A stretch of DNA of 63,920 nt, the filler included, from an uncultured Acidimicrobiia bacterium (GTDB lineage: Bacteria; Actinomycetota; Acidimicrobiia; Spongiisociales; JAOTWH01), in assembly GCA_964347285.1 (NCBI GenBank). It is 4 parts of 4 records of this genome, joined end to end, with 100 filler letters (N's around TTAATTAATTAA, not from the genome) between each part and the next. Parts side by side here need not be neighbours in the genome. Positions count along the whole stretch, not along the records: positions 41,576 to 62,217 come from CAYFYE010000044.1; 3 more parts are not named here. One strand, given 5' to 3'. Positions 50,360 to 60,349 of this stretch are shown piece after piece (within the stretch, counting starts at the first letter, position 1; each line of letters opens with the position of its first letter). The position numbers and the translations under genes were made by a program. The notes beneath the pieces are model-generated. The model did not search any database. It was not told the DNA's origin and was given only the letters and a program-made list of their open reading frames with translations.

Positions 50360-50572
50360 CTAGTCCTCGGAAATGGTCGGAGAGATGAGGTCGGTGACGA
50401 TCGACGAGACTGCTCGCGACGCCACGATCGGATCGTCGAGGCCCCGGACCCACACCAGCGTTCGCCGCCCCGGTCCTCGAGCCTCGGTGACCGGCTCGAC
50501 CACCATGACATCGTCGGAGCGCACGTACTTGTCGTAGCCCAGGCTGATGAGGCGTCCCGACTGCACCCGCAT
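50360..50572 (-). CDS. small hypothetical protein, RemA/DUF370-like
   Basis: 70 aa with GC-biased codons; LISLGYDKYV.SD.V..V.P...GRRTLV.V...D.PIVAS. Confidence 0.6.
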   Translation of the reverse strand: MRVQSGRLISLGYDKYVRSDDVMVVEPVTEARGPGRRTLVWVRGLDDPIVASRAVSSIVTDLISPTISED

Positions 50573-50608
50573 GTGCCTACGTTACGCGCCCGTCGGGAAA
50601 CGGGGGCT

Positions 50609-50899
50609 CCGTTTCCTCCCCCGGAGGGTCCCTCTTTCCTCTCCGGAGGGAGAGGTGGCCATGGCCCCCCTCGCCTCGTCGCTGCGCTCCTCGGCACTCC
50701 CAACCCCCCTACCCCAGGCCTCGCTCCGTTCGGCCTGCGGTACCTTCCCCCCCAACGCTCTCCTCGTTCGCTGGGGGGACCAACCCTCTCCTCGTTCGCT
50801 TGGGGGAGAAACGGCTCGGCCTGCGGTACCTTCCCCCCCAACGCTCTCCTCGTTCGCTGGGGGGACCGGGCTCGCTTCGCTCGCGGAGGGACGAAACGG
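50609..50899. repeat. REP-like structured intergenic repeat cluster
   Basis: perfect 52-bp direct repeat (50730-50781 and 50816-50867) plus a partial copy (50780-50806), each with a C-run/G-run hairpin. Confidence 0.85.
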
Positions 50900-50901
50900 T
50901 C

Positions 50902-51789
50902 TCAGCCCAGGAGCTGCCCCCGAAGGGCCTCCAGCCGCCGTCGCACCACGTCGGCGTCGGCTCCGGAGAGGGGCTGCAGTGGTTCCCGGGTGCGGCCGGG
51001 GCGCAATCCCGACACTTCGGCGGCGAGCTTGACGGCAGCCACGCCGCGAGCATCGACCAGCCGGGACAGCCCGGCAAGACGTTCCTGAGCATCGGCGGCC
51101 TTGGCGACCGATTTGCGGGCGGCGGCCACCACCTCGATCACCAAACGAGGCGCATAGTTGGCGCTGGCGGTGATTGCCCCATGGGCGCCGCCGGCAACAC
51201 CCAAGGCCACTGCAGGCGAGGAGCCGATGAACAGGCGGAAATCCACGGGGGCGGTCGCCATGATCTGCTGCACCCGGACCGGCTGGCCACCGGAATCCTT
51301 CATGCCGACGATCCCCGGGCGGCCGGCCAGCTCCGCAGCCGTCTCTGCCGGCAGTTCGAAGCCGGTCACCCCGGGAACCGAATAGAGCAGCACCGGCAGT
51401 TCCGAGGAAGCCGCCAAGGCCTCGTAATAGCGGGCCACCGCTCTGGCATTGCCCCGGATCAGGGTGGTGGGGGTCATCACTAGCAGAGCGTCGGCGCCGC
51501 CGGCCGTCGCCTCTTCCGCCTGAGCCAGCCCGGCGCGAAGCGACTCGGCGGCCACTCCGGAAACCAGAAAGGCGTCGTCGCCCACCTCATCCCGGGCAAC
51601 GTCGAGCAGCCGGCGCCGCTCGCCGGGCTCCAGGTACGGGCCTTCGCCGGTGGAACCGCCCAGGACGAATCCCTCGATACCCCGCTCGCGCAGCAGAGAG
51701 AGGTTGTGGCGATGGGCGTCCTCGTCGATTTCGCCGCCCCCATCGAAGGGGGTTACGAGGGCGGCCATGACGGTAGGGAGGGTTCGCAT
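50902..51789 (-). CDS. dihydrodipicolinate synthase family (class I aldolase) protein
   Basis: ALVTPF, GSTGEG, LLYSVP, GMKDS (Schiff-base Lys). Confidence 0.9.
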   Translation of the reverse strand: MRTLPTVMAALVTPFDGGGEIDEDAHRHNLSLLRERGIEGFVLGGSTGEGPYLEPGERRRLLDVARDEVGDDAFLVSGVAAESLRAGLAQAEEATAGGADALLVMTPTTLIRGNARAVARYYEALAASSELPVLLYSVPGVTGFELPAETAAELAGRPGIVGMKDSGGQPVRVQQIMATAPVDFRLFIGSSPAVALGVAGGAHGAITASANYAPRLVIEVVAAARKSVAKAADAQERLAGLSRLVDARGVAAVKLAAEVSGLRPGRTREPLQPLSGADADVVRRRLEALRGQLLG

Positions 51790-51902
51790 GACGAAAGCGT
51801 ACAAGGGCGTGCCGACGTGGAACATACAGCAACACCACAGGGTCCGGGTACCCACCACTCGCTCTGATAGCCTGCGTCGAGAAACGGAAAGGAGGCCGAG
51901 CA

Positions 51903-52292
51903 GTGGCCGTCAAGTTCCTCACCGAAGAATGGATGCAAGCGGTGGCGGACGCCGCCAACGGCGACCCGGCGTTCACCAGTGCCGCCGAGAGCACCGAGGT
52001 CTCCCTGCAATTCCACGTCACCGAAGTCCCCGACGGCGACGACATCGACTACCACCTGGTCATCGGCGAGGGGGCCGTCGCTCTGGGCCCGGGCGAGAAA
52101 GAGGATGCCGACGCCACCGTGACCAATACATACGAGACGGCGGCGGCCATCTCCAAGGGGGAGCTGAACACGCAGACGGCGTTCATGACCGGGAAGCTCA
52201 AGGTGTCGGGGAACATGGCCAAACTCATGATGAACCAGGGCCCGCTGAACCAGTTCGCCAAGTCGGTGAGCGGGGTGGAAATCGACTACTGA
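51903..52292 (+). CDS. SCP2 sterol-binding domain protein
   Basis: FLTEEW, DADATVT, GELNTQTAFMTGKLKVSGNM; SD AAGGAGG. Confidence 0.92.
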   Translation: MAVKFLTEEWMQAVADAANGDPAFTSAAESTEVSLQFHVTEVPDGDDIDYHLVIGEGAVALGPGEKEDADATVTNTYETAAAISKGELNTQTAFMTGKLKVSGNMAKLMMNQGPLNQFAKSVSGVEIDY

Positions 52293-52606
52293 GCCCGGTC
52301 TCTACACGCCAACAAGGGACGCCGATGCGGCCCTCGTTTGCATCCGTAGCGGGTTCGTCCTATTGGCTCGAGTCCCTGAGGTTCCGACCGGCCTCGTAGG
52401 TGGGGGCGTAAGGGCCGCTGCCTGAATGGGAGTTCCGGTTTCTGTTTTGCATCCGATCCGCGGGGAGCGGAAGCGAGCTTCGAAGGTAAGTCGGTGATTT
52501 GGACCTTCGCGCGCCATAGCTGGGCCTCGGTCAGCGCCGCATCCACGACGTCGGCCACTTCGCTCTTCGGCCGATCCGTGACGCGCCTCGGCAGGCTCGC
52601 CGGGCC

Positions 52607-53545
52607 TCAGTCGAGCTCGATCTTCTCCAGATCCTCCATCTTCTCGGCTACTGCGGCCGCCGCCTGCCTCAGAGCGGCCAGCTCGTCGTCGGTGAGGTCC
52701 AGAATGACGACCTCCTCGACCCCCTTTGGGCCGAGCCGGGCCGGAACTCCCAGGTACACACCGGATATTCCGTACTCTCCGTCTACCCAGGCACACACCG
52801 GCATCATCTCGCTGGGCCGCCCCAAAACGGCCAGGGCCATCTGGGCGGCTGCGGCCGCCGGCGCGTAGTAGGCGCTTCCGGTCTTGAGCAGCGCCACGAT
52901 CTCGGCGCCGCCGTCGCGGGTCCGTTCCACCAACTGGTCGATCTCCTCGGGTTGGAGGACCTCGGTGAGCGGCTTTCCACCCACCCGGCACAGAGACGGA
53001 ATCGGAACCATCGTCTCGCCGTGGCTTCCCAGGGTGAGGGCCTCGACGTCGAAGATGTCGACGCCGGCCTTCTCGGCGATGAAGTGGGCAAACCGGGCGC
53101 TGTCGAGGATCCCGGCCTGTCCCATGACCCGGGAGCGGGGAAAGCCCGAGATGTCGGCGGCCAGCATGGTCATCTGGTCCAGGGGATTGGTGACCACGAT
53201 GAGCACCGCATCCGGTGAGTGCTTCACGACCGACCGAGTCACTTCGGCAACGATCTTGGCGTTCACCTCCAGCAGATCCATCCTGCTCATCCCCGGCTTG
53301 CGGGGAAGGCCGGCGGTGATGATCACCACGTCGCTGCCGTCCGTGTCTGCGTAGTCATTGGTACCCACCACCTCGGTGCGGTACCGCTCTACCGGCCGGC
53401 CCTGGTTCATGTCCAGGGCCAGTCCCTGGGGAAGGCCCTCGACGATGTCGGTCATGACCACCTGATCGACCTGGTCGGTGCTTGCGATCAGCTTGGCCGT
53501 CGTCGAGCCGTATTTCCCGGCGCCGACCACTGTGAGCTTGCTCAT
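52607..53545 (-). CDS. mdh: malate dehydrogenase (LDH-like type)
   Basis: VVGAG, EGLPQGLALD, TAGLPRKPGMSRMDLL, VTNPLD, LDSARF, GSHG, GGAEIV.LLKTGSAYYAP. Confidence 0.96.
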   Translation of the reverse strand: MSKLTVVGAGKYGSTTAKLIASTDQVDQVVMTDIVEGLPQGLALDMNQGRPVERYRTEVVGTNDYADTDGSDVVIITAGLPRKPGMSRMDLLEVNAKIVAEVTRSVVKHSPDAVLIVVTNPLDQMTMLAADISGFPRSRVMGQAGILDSARFAHFIAEKAGVDIFDVEALTLGSHGETMVPIPSLCRVGGKPLTEVLQPEEIDQLVERTRDGGAEIVALLKTGSAYYAPAAAAAQMALAVLGRPSEMMPVCAWVDGEYGISGVYLGVPARLGPKGVEEVVILDLTDDELAALRQAAAAVAEKMEDLEKIELD

Positions 53546-53617
53546 GTGGGCCCCTCTCGCTCGCTCTTTTTCAGGCTAGTGCCCGGCTCGATGCCGACGG
53601 CTGCTAACAAGGAGCCG

Positions 53618-54721
53618 ATGCGCCAACTGCCGTTTGTCGGCCTGGCTCTTGTTCTGGCCGCCCTCGCCTGTGATGCCGGCGGTGCCGGGACCGGTCCCGT
53701 CGCCACGTCGGCGATGGACCCGGAAGTCGTACGAGCGGAGCTGGCGCCACCGGTGAGCGGGGTGGTGTGGAAGCGAACGATCGGCGATGTCGAGATCGTC
53801 GGCGTGACCGACCGGGCCGATGCCGCAGAGGTCGAGCTGATCGCCGCAGCCGTCGGCGAACTGCCGACCGAGTTGGTCGAGGCCGGAGAGATGCGGGCTC
53901 TGGTGCGCGCCGTCGAGGCGGACGCCGAGGCCGAGCCGGTGACCCTGGCCGTTGCCCGCGGCCCCGACATCTACCTGCTCGACCTCACGTTCGCCTCCAG
54001 CCCTCCGCCGACGCGGCTGGCGATGGCGGGAGTGTTGGCCCACGAGCTCACCCACACCGCCCAGTTCGCCGACATCCGGCCCGATTACCTCGCCGGGCTC
54101 GAAGGGCGCGATCTGGCAACCCTGGACGTCACCGCCGCCTCGGAACTGGTGCAGGACTTCGCCCGAGCTGCCGGGTGGCGTTCCGATGATGGAACCTGGT
54201 CGCTCCCCGACCCCTCGGGCACCACTCCGTACGGGGCTACCTCGCCCGCCGAGGACATGGCCGAATCGGTAGCAGTCCTGGCACTGGGACGACCGTGGCT
54301 GATCTCGCCGGAACGAATCGCCTGGGTGGAGGACTGGCTCGGCGTGGCAGCCTCCGACCTGGCGGCCGGCAAGCCGTGGGCGCCGCCAGGGAGTGTCGAG
54401 CTGGCCAGTCGCCAGCCGCTGTACGACGAGGACAAGGTCGGCGCCATCGACGCCGCCCATGTGGAGCCGCTGTATTGGGCGCTGCCGGCCGGGTCGACGC
54501 CGGCCGCCGACCTGGCCGCCGAGGCAGGTGCCCAGCTCAGACAGCGCGGGCTCACCGGCACCCTGGAGCCGGTGGCCGACGATCGCCTGCCTCGGTTCGG
54601 GGGACGATTCGTCCGCTCGGACGGTGTCTCCTACTGGGTGGAGCTGTGGGACTTTCGCAGCGCCGACATCGCCGGGGACATTCCCGAGCAACCGGTCCTG
54701 ACCTATGTGATGCTGTGGTGA
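53618..54721 (+). CDS. lipoprotein with zinc metallopeptidase (HEXXH) motif
   Basis: lipobox LAALAC, LAHELTH, TPYGATSPAEDMAES; SD AAGGAG. Confidence 0.78.
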   Translation: MRQLPFVGLALVLAALACDAGGAGTGPVATSAMDPEVVRAELAPPVSGVVWKRTIGDVEIVGVTDRADAAEVELIAAAVGELPTELVEAGEMRALVRAVEADAEAEPVTLAVARGPDIYLLDLTFASSPPPTRLAMAGVLAHELTHTAQFADIRPDYLAGLEGRDLATLDVTAASELVQDFARAAGWRSDDGTWSLPDPSGTTPYGATSPAEDMAESVAVLALGRPWLISPERIAWVEDWLGVAASDLAAGKPWAPPGSVELASRQPLYDEDKVGAIDAAHVEPLYWALPAGSTPAADLAAEAGAQLRQRGLTGTLEPVADDRLPRFGGRFVRSDGVSYWVELWDFRSADIAGDIPEQPVLTYVMLW

Positions 54722-54793
54722 TGGCCACGAGCCTTCGGCCGATCGGGGTTCTCACCCACCGATCCAGTTGCTGGGGCGGGCGGGGCCGGGTCG

Positions 54794-55816
54794 ATGTCTG
54801 AAGTCGTCACCATCGACGGCGCCTACGGCGAGGGGGGAGGTCAGATCCTGCGCACCTGCCTGAGCGCCTCATTGCTGACCGGTCGTGCCTTTCACATCGA
54901 TCGAATCCGGGCCGGTAGGCGACGTCCCGGCCTCCTGGCCCAGCACCTGACGGCGGTTCGAGCCGCAGCTGCAGTCGGGAAAGCCGCGGTGGACGGTGAT
55001 CACCTCGGCTCCGATCGCCTCGACTTCGCCCCCACCGGTGTGCGCCCCGGTCGCCACGCGTTCGCAGTGGGTACCGCCGGAAGCGCCTGCCTCGTTCTGC
55101 AAGCGGTGCTGCCGCCCCTGCTCACGGCGGACCGACCTTCGACCCTCGAGCTGGGCGGCGGCACGCACAACCCGGCGGCGCCCCCCTTCGAGTTCATCGA
55201 TCGCACCTTCCTGCCTCTGATCGGCCGGATGGGCCCTCGCGTCGGCGCTTCCCTGCGGCGCCCCGGTTTCCACCCGGCCGGAGGCGGGAGCCTGGTCGTC
55301 GAGGTCGAGCCGGTCTCCCGGCTCGAGATCCTGACGCTGCGGGAGCGAGGCGAGATCCTTGCGGTACGCGCCGAGGCCGTGGTGGCCCGGCTGCCCCGAT
55401 CGATCGCCGATCGCGAGCTGGCCGTGATCGGCCGGAAGCTGGGGTGGGAGCCCGACATGCTCACCGCCGCCGAGGTCGAAGCCGATGGTCCCGGCAACGT
55501 CGTGACGGCAGAGATCGAATCCGAACACATCATCGAGGTGTTCACCGGCTTCGGCCGGAGAGGCCTGAGGGCCGAGGCGGTGGCCCAGGGGGTCGTGGAG
55601 ATCGTGCAGCGCTACCTGCGAGCCGGGGTGCCGGTGGGCCGTTACCTGGCCGACCAGCTGCTGGTTCCCCTGGCGCAGGCGGGTGGGGGCTCGTTCGTCA
55701 CGGTCGCTCCGACTTCCCACTTCCGCACCAACGCGTTCGTGCTGGAGCGATTCCTGGGAACCAGGATCACGACCTCGGCGCTGGACGGCGACCAATTCCT
55801 GGTGGAAATCGAGTAG
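54794..55816 (+). CDS. rtcA: RNA 3'-terminal phosphate cyclase
   Basis: DGAYGEGGGQILR, IRAGR.RPGL..QHL, GGTHNP.APP, GFHPAGGG, LADQLL, SHFRTN (catalytic His). Confidence 0.95.
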   Translation: MSEVVTIDGAYGEGGGQILRTCLSASLLTGRAFHIDRIRAGRRRPGLLAQHLTAVRAAAAVGKAAVDGDHLGSDRLDFAPTGVRPGRHAFAVGTAGSACLVLQAVLPPLLTADRPSTLELGGGTHNPAAPPFEFIDRTFLPLIGRMGPRVGASLRRPGFHPAGGGSLVVEVEPVSRLEILTLRERGEILAVRAEAVVARLPRSIADRELAVIGRKLGWEPDMLTAAEVEADGPGNVVTAEIESEHIIEVFTGFGRRGLRAEAVAQGVVEIVQRYLRAGVPVGRYLADQLLVPLAQAGGGSFVTVAPTSHFRTNAFVLERFLGTRITTSALDGDQFLVEIE

Positions 55817-55852
55817 GACCGCCGGGCGGCAGGGCAGATGGCCGGCGACGGA

Positions 55853-57058
55853 TCAGCTCATCCTCTCCACCATGGCGGCGGCAAACTCGGAGGTCTTGAC
55901 CTCCGTGGCGCCGTCCATCAGTCGGGCGAAGTCGTAGGTGACGATTCCATCGCCGATCGTGGCTTCCAGGGCGGTGACGATGAGGTCGGCCGCCTCGCGC
56001 CAACCCAGGTAGCGGAGCATCAGCTCCCCGGAAAGGATCAACGATCCGGGATTGACCTTGTCCTGGCCGGCGTATTTCGGGGCGGTGCCGTGCGTGGCCT
56101 CGAACACGGCGTGGCCGGTCTCGTAATTGATGTTGCCGCCGGGGGCGATCCCGATTCCCCCCACTTGGGCGGCCAGGGCGTCGGACACGTAATCGCCGTT
56201 CAGATTCATCGTGGCGATGACGTCGTATTCCCCGGGGCGAGTGAGGATCTGCTGGAGGAAGGCATCGGCGATGACGTCCTTCACCAGGAGCTTGTCGCCG
56301 GGCTCACCCCCCGAGTCCTCCCAGCTCACCGCCACGTCGGAGAACTCCTCGGAGACCAGCTCGTAGCCCCAGCCCCGGAAGGCGCCCTCGGTGAACTTCA
56401 TGATGTTGCCCTTATGCACGAGCGTGACCGAACGGCGGTTGTTTTCGAGGGCGTAGTTGATGGCGGCCCGGGCCAGGCGCTTCGAGCCCGTCTCTGAGAT
56501 CGGTTTGATCCCGATCCCGCTGTCGGGGCGTATCTCCCAGCCGTACTCCTCCTTGACCCAGGCGATGAAGCGGGCCGCTTCGGCGGTCCCCTCCTCGAGT
56601 TCCTTTCCCGCATATACGTCTTCGGTGTTCTCGCGAAAGACCACCATGTCGACCTGTTCGGGATGCTTGACCGGCGAGGGCACCCCCCGGTACCAGCGCA
56701 CCGGGCGCAGGCACACGTAGAGGTCAAGGGTCTGGCGGATGGCGACGTTGAGGCTGCGGATACCGCCGCCGACGGGGGTCGTCAGGGGACCCTTGATGCC
56801 CACGAGATGGGTGCGAAAGGCATCCAGCGTGGCTGCGGGCAACCACTCGCCCGTCTCGTCAAATCCCTTCTGGCCGGCCAGCACCTCGGCCCACTCCACC
56901 CTGCGATCCCCCCCATAAGCCTTCTCCACCGCGGTATCGAAGACGACTCGGGCGGCGGACCAGATATCGGGACCGATGCCGTCGCCCTCGACGAACGGAA
57001 TGATCGGATCGTCGGGGACGGCCAGACCGACGTCGGCCTTGTTGATGGAGGTTCCCAC
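55853..57058 (-). CDS. icd: NADP-dependent isocitrate dehydrogenase
   Basis: [68 protein letters not shown]. Confidence 0.97.
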   Translation of the reverse strand: MGTSINKADVGLAVPDDPIIPFVEGDGIGPDIWSAARVVFDTAVEKAYGGDRRVEWAEVLAGQKGFDETGEWLPAATLDAFRTHLVGIKGPLTTPVGGGIRSLNVAIRQTLDLYVCLRPVRWYRGVPSPVKHPEQVDMVVFRENTEDVYAGKELEEGTAEAARFIAWVKEEYGWEIRPDSGIGIKPISETGSKRLARAAINYALENNRRSVTLVHKGNIMKFTEGAFRGWGYELVSEEFSDVAVSWEDSGGEPGDKLLVKDVIADAFLQQILTRPGEYDVIATMNLNGDYVSDALAAQVGGIGIAPGGNINYETGHAVFEATHGTAPKYAGQDKVNPGSLILSGELMLRYLGWREAADLIVTALEATIGDGIVTYDFARLMDGATEVKTSEFAAAMVERMS

Positions 57059-57084
57059 GTAACGCTCCTCGGGAAGGACTCCGA

Positions 57085-57945
57085 TTATCCCACCTCGGCG
57101 AATCGCTCCGCCGCCGCCACCGTGTTGCGCAGCAGGCAGGCAACGGTCATCGGCCCCACTCCGCCGGGCACCGGTGTCACCGCCGACGCCTTGGAAGCCA
57201 CTTCCTCGAAGGCGACGTCGCCCTTCAGACCTTCCTTGGTGCGGGTGATGCCGACGTCGACCACCACGGCCCCCTCTTTGACGAAATCGGCCGTGATGAG
57301 ACCGGGCCGGCCGGTGGCCGCTACCAGGACGTCGCCCCACCGGCACACGCTGGGCAGATCGGGCGTGGCGGAGTGGGCCATCACCACGGTGGCGTCGGTT
57401 CCCCTTGCGTTGAGCAGCAGACCCAGAGGCCGTCCCACCAACAGCGATCGCCCCACCACGACCACGGTGCGCCCGGCTACGTCGATGTCGTAGAAGTCGA
57501 GGATCTCGGCGATGCCCTGAGGGGTGGCCGGCACGGGACCGGGCCGTCCCGCCGCCAGCAAACCGAGGTTGTAGGGATGCAGGCCGTCGGCGTCCTTGGC
57601 CGGATCGATCTCGGCGACGATGCCCATCGCATCGAGAGACTCGGGAAGCGGCAGCTGGACGATCATCCCGTCGATCGCCGGATCGGCGTTGAGGCGATCG
57701 ATCAGCTCGAGAATCTCCCCGGCTGGAGTGTCGGTGGGCAGGTGGTGGCCAAACGACTTCATCCCGCAACGCTGGGCAGCTTTGTGCTTGGTCCCCAGGT
57801 AGACCTCCGAGGCCGGATCGTCGCCGACCATCACCGTCCCCAGGCCGACCGGCTTGCCCTTTTGGGCCAGCGCCGCCGTCCGCTCGGCTACTTCGTTCTG
57901 GACCTTGTCGGCGACCGGTCGGCCTTTCAGCACCCGAGCGCTCAC
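57085..57945 (-). CDS. folD: methylenetetrahydrofolate dehydrogenase/cyclohydrolase
   Basis: [46 protein letters not shown]. Confidence 0.96.
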   Translation of the reverse strand: MSARVLKGRPVADKVQNEVAERTAALAQKGKPVGLGTVMVGDDPASEVYLGTKHKAAQRCGMKSFGHHLPTDTPAGEILELIDRLNADPAIDGMIVQLPLPESLDAMGIVAEIDPAKDADGLHPYNLGLLAAGRPGPVPATPQGIAEILDFYDIDVAGRTVVVVGRSLLVGRPLGLLLNARGTDATVVMAHSATPDLPSVCRWGDVLVAATGRPGLITADFVKEGAVVVDVGITRTKEGLKGDVAFEEVASKASAVTPVPGGVGPMTVACLLRNTVAAAERFAEVG

Positions 57946-58006
57946 GGCGGCACGCTCCCTCGGTTATCCCGACTTCTCCTCACGGGAGCAGCTTACGCAG
58001 CTCCGG

Positions 58007-58780
58007 TCACAGCGCTCCTATCAACAGGCTCAGGCAGGTCGGTCCCCCTTCGGCAGCCTCGAAAGAGCTGAGATCCACCGCCACCACCTCGAAGCCGGCC
58101 GCGGCCACCTGCTCTGCGGTACCGGGGGCGGAGGCGGCCATCACCACTCGCCCGGCCGCGGCGACGGCGTTGGCACCCCGCCGTTCTCCGGAAGCGACCT
58201 CGATGCGGCGCAGGCCCTCGAACGCCCCCACATCGACGTGCTCCGGGTTGACCAACAGGGTGTCGCCGCCCAGGTAGCAGGCGGCCGTCTTGAGGTGGAG
58301 TACACCCCGTACCGGCACCGGTGTGACCTGGTAACCGAGGGGTTCCACCAGCGAAAAGAGCTCCCGGATGCCGGCCTCGTCCGACCGCGGCCCGTGACCC
58401 ACGAACAACCGGCGACCGATGCGGACCACGTCTCCGCCCTCGAGCACGCCCGGACCCCGCATGACGATCACCGGTCGGTGCCGGGACAGCTCATCGGCCA
58501 GCAGCCCCGACTCTTTGCGTCGGGAGGGGGGGCCGAGCCGGGCCAGCACCGCAGCCTCGTCCAGCACCACGGCGGGATCCTCGACAAATACCGCGTCGGG
58601 GAACCCCTCGACCGGAGGCAGCACCACCACTTGGCATCCGGAGGCCGTGAGCGCTCTGCGGTAGGCGTCGTGCTGGGCCATCGCAGAGTCGACATCGATT
58701 GGATCTCTCGGAACGAAGGTGCGTTCTCCGCGAGCCAGATCGGGACCGGGCAGGCGGGTGATGGCGATCAGCTCGCTCAT
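58007..58780 (-). CDS. dimethylarginine dimethylaminohydrolase-like amidinotransferase-family protein
   Basis: AMAQH, PDAVFVED, SRR.E, LEGGD, LHLKT, EGGPTCLS (Asp-His-Cys triad). Confidence 0.9.
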   Translation of the reverse strand: MSELIAITRLPGPDLARGERTFVPRDPIDVDSAMAQHDAYRRALTASGCQVVVLPPVEGFPDAVFVEDPAVVLDEAAVLARLGPPSRRKESGLLADELSRHRPVIVMRGPGVLEGGDVVRIGRRLFVGHGPRSDEAGIRELFSLVEPLGYQVTPVPVRGVLHLKTAACYLGGDTLLVNPEHVDVGAFEGLRRIEVASGERRGANAVAAAGRVVMAASAPGTAEQVAAAGFEVVAVDLSSFEAAEGGPTCLSLLIGAL

Positions 58781-59388
58781 CCGAATTCTCCCCGCAGCCC
58801 CTGCCACCCGATGAACAGGCCGGCGGCGATGAGCAGCGCCGCCCCGACTCCGATCAGGCGGCGGCGCCGGGTGTCGTCGAGCCGCTCGCCCCCCATCGAG
58901 ACCCCCCAGGCGATCACGACCTTGCTGCCCACCAGCAAGCCGTAGAAGGCAGCCAGAAAACCGACGGCCCATCCGGGCGCCCGGCGCCAGGCGGCCACGA
59001 GAACCGGTCCGCCCACACTGACCCAGAAGATCCACGGATGGGGGCTGAGGACGTTGACCAGGGCCCCTCGCCAATAGTCGCCCGCTCCGGCGCCGACGTC
59101 ACCGGAGCCGCTCGCGACCCGGGCCCGGCGCAGCGACCAGATGCCGATGGCAACCAAAACCGCCGCCCCGACCAGGGCCAGCCCGTTGAGGATGCCGGGG
59201 GCAACGGTGGCCAGCAAAACGACGGTCAAGAGAATGATCGGAGCGTCGGTGATCAGCGGCGCCATCGCCACCCGCCATCCGGCCCCGAACCCCCGATCGA
59301 GAGACGAGGTGATCACCAGGGCCTGGAGGGGCCCGGGGGAAATCCCGGCAGCCAAGCCGAGGGTGAAGCCGGTGACGAGTTCGGGCAC
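58777..59388 (-). CDS. LysE family transporter
   Basis: GISPGPL, G.LVNVLSPHPWIFW, six hydrophobic segments. Confidence 0.88.
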   Translation of the reverse strand: MPELVTGFTLGLAAGISPGPLQALVITSSLDRGFGAGWRVAMAPLITDAPIILLTVVLLATVAPGILNGLALVGAAVLVAIGIWSLRRARVASGSGDVGAGAGDYWRGALVNVLSPHPWIFWVSVGGPVLVAAWRRAPGWAVGFLAAFYGLLVGSKVVIAWGVSMGGERLDDTRRRRLIGVGAALLIAAGLFIGWQGLRGEFG

Positions 59389-59475
59389 CTCCTCACCGGC
59401 CGGCCGGAGCGGGCCCGACCTCCTTCTCAGGGAGAAGGATGCCGGCGAGGGGACCGGGTGGGGGTGCCGGGGCCG

Positions 59476-60348
59476 TCACCCCAGAACCTCCGCCACCAAG
59501 TCCCCGATGTCACTCGGGTAAGTGGCCACCGCCACACCGCCCGCTTCCAGGGCCTCCTTCTTGGCGGCCGCCGTGCCCACCGACCCGGAGATGATCGCCC
59601 CGGCGTGGCCCATCTTCTTGCCGGGAGGAGCGGTGAAACCGGCGATGTAGGCGACCACCGGCTTGGTGAGGTGCTGCGCAATGTAGGCGGCCGCCTCCTC
59701 TTCGGCCGATCCGCCTATCTCGCCGATCATGACCACGGCGTCGGTGTCGGAGTCATCTTGAAAGCGGCGCAGGATGTCGACGAACGACGAGCCGGGGACC
59801 GGGTCGCCGCCGATGCCCACGCACGTCGACTGCCCGATCCCTCGATTGGTGAGCTCGTATATGGCTTGATAGGTGAGCGTGCCCGACCGGGACACGACTC
59901 CTACCCTGCCCGGCTTGGCGATCTCGGGAGGCATGATGCCCACGTTGGCCTTTCCCGGCGAGAGGACTCCAGGGCAGTTGGGCCCGATGAGGGCGGCGTC
60001 GGACGTGTGTCTCAGGTAGTTGTAGAGCCGGGCCTCGTCTTGGGCGGGGATGCCTTCGGTGATGCACACGATGACGCCGAGGCCGCCGTCGGCCGCCTCC
60101 AGAATGGCGTCGGCGGCGAAGGCCGGGGGCACGAAGCACATCGCCGAGTCGGCTCCGGTGGCCTCGATCGCCTCCGAGACGGTATCGAAGATGGGAACCC
60201 CGTTGACGTCGGTCCCACCCTTGCCGGGGGTTACCCCGGCGACGAGATTGGTCCCGTAAGCCTGGTTGCGCAGCCCGTGGAACCGCCCTTCGCGGCCGGT
60301 GAGGCCCTGCACCAGGAGCCTGGTGTTCTCGTCGACGAGAATCGCCAT
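59476..60348 (-). CDS. sucD: succinyl-CoA synthetase alpha subunit
   Basis: [40 protein letters not shown]. Confidence 0.97.
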   Translation of the reverse strand: MAILVDENTRLLVQGLTGREGRFHGLRNQAYGTNLVAGVTPGKGGTDVNGVPIFDTVSEAIEATGADSAMCFVPPAFAADAILEAADGGLGVIVCITEGIPAQDEARLYNYLRHTSDAALIGPNCPGVLSPGKANVGIMPPEIAKPGRVGVVSRSGTLTYQAIYELTNRGIGQSTCVGIGGDPVPGSSFVDILRRFQDDSDTDAVVMIGEIGGSAEEEAAAYIAQHLTKPVVAYIAGFTAPPGKKMGHAGAIISGSVGTAAAKKEALEAGGVAVATYPSDIGDLVAEVLG

Positions 60349-60349
60349 A

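Noticed and set aside
50730..50867. CRISPR array
   Set aside because: Only two 52-bp units, the intervening sequence is itself a partial repeat, and no cas genes are present.
52400..52480. c-di-GMP-I riboswitch-like fragments (GGATGCAAA...GGCAGCGG on the minus strand)
   Set aside because: No GNRA-capped P2 stem, poor P3 pairing and no downstream gene to regulate.
52560..52609. Selenocysteine readthrough of the mdh TGA
   Set aside because: Mdh is already full length with no redox motif there; the following hairpin fits a terminator equally well.
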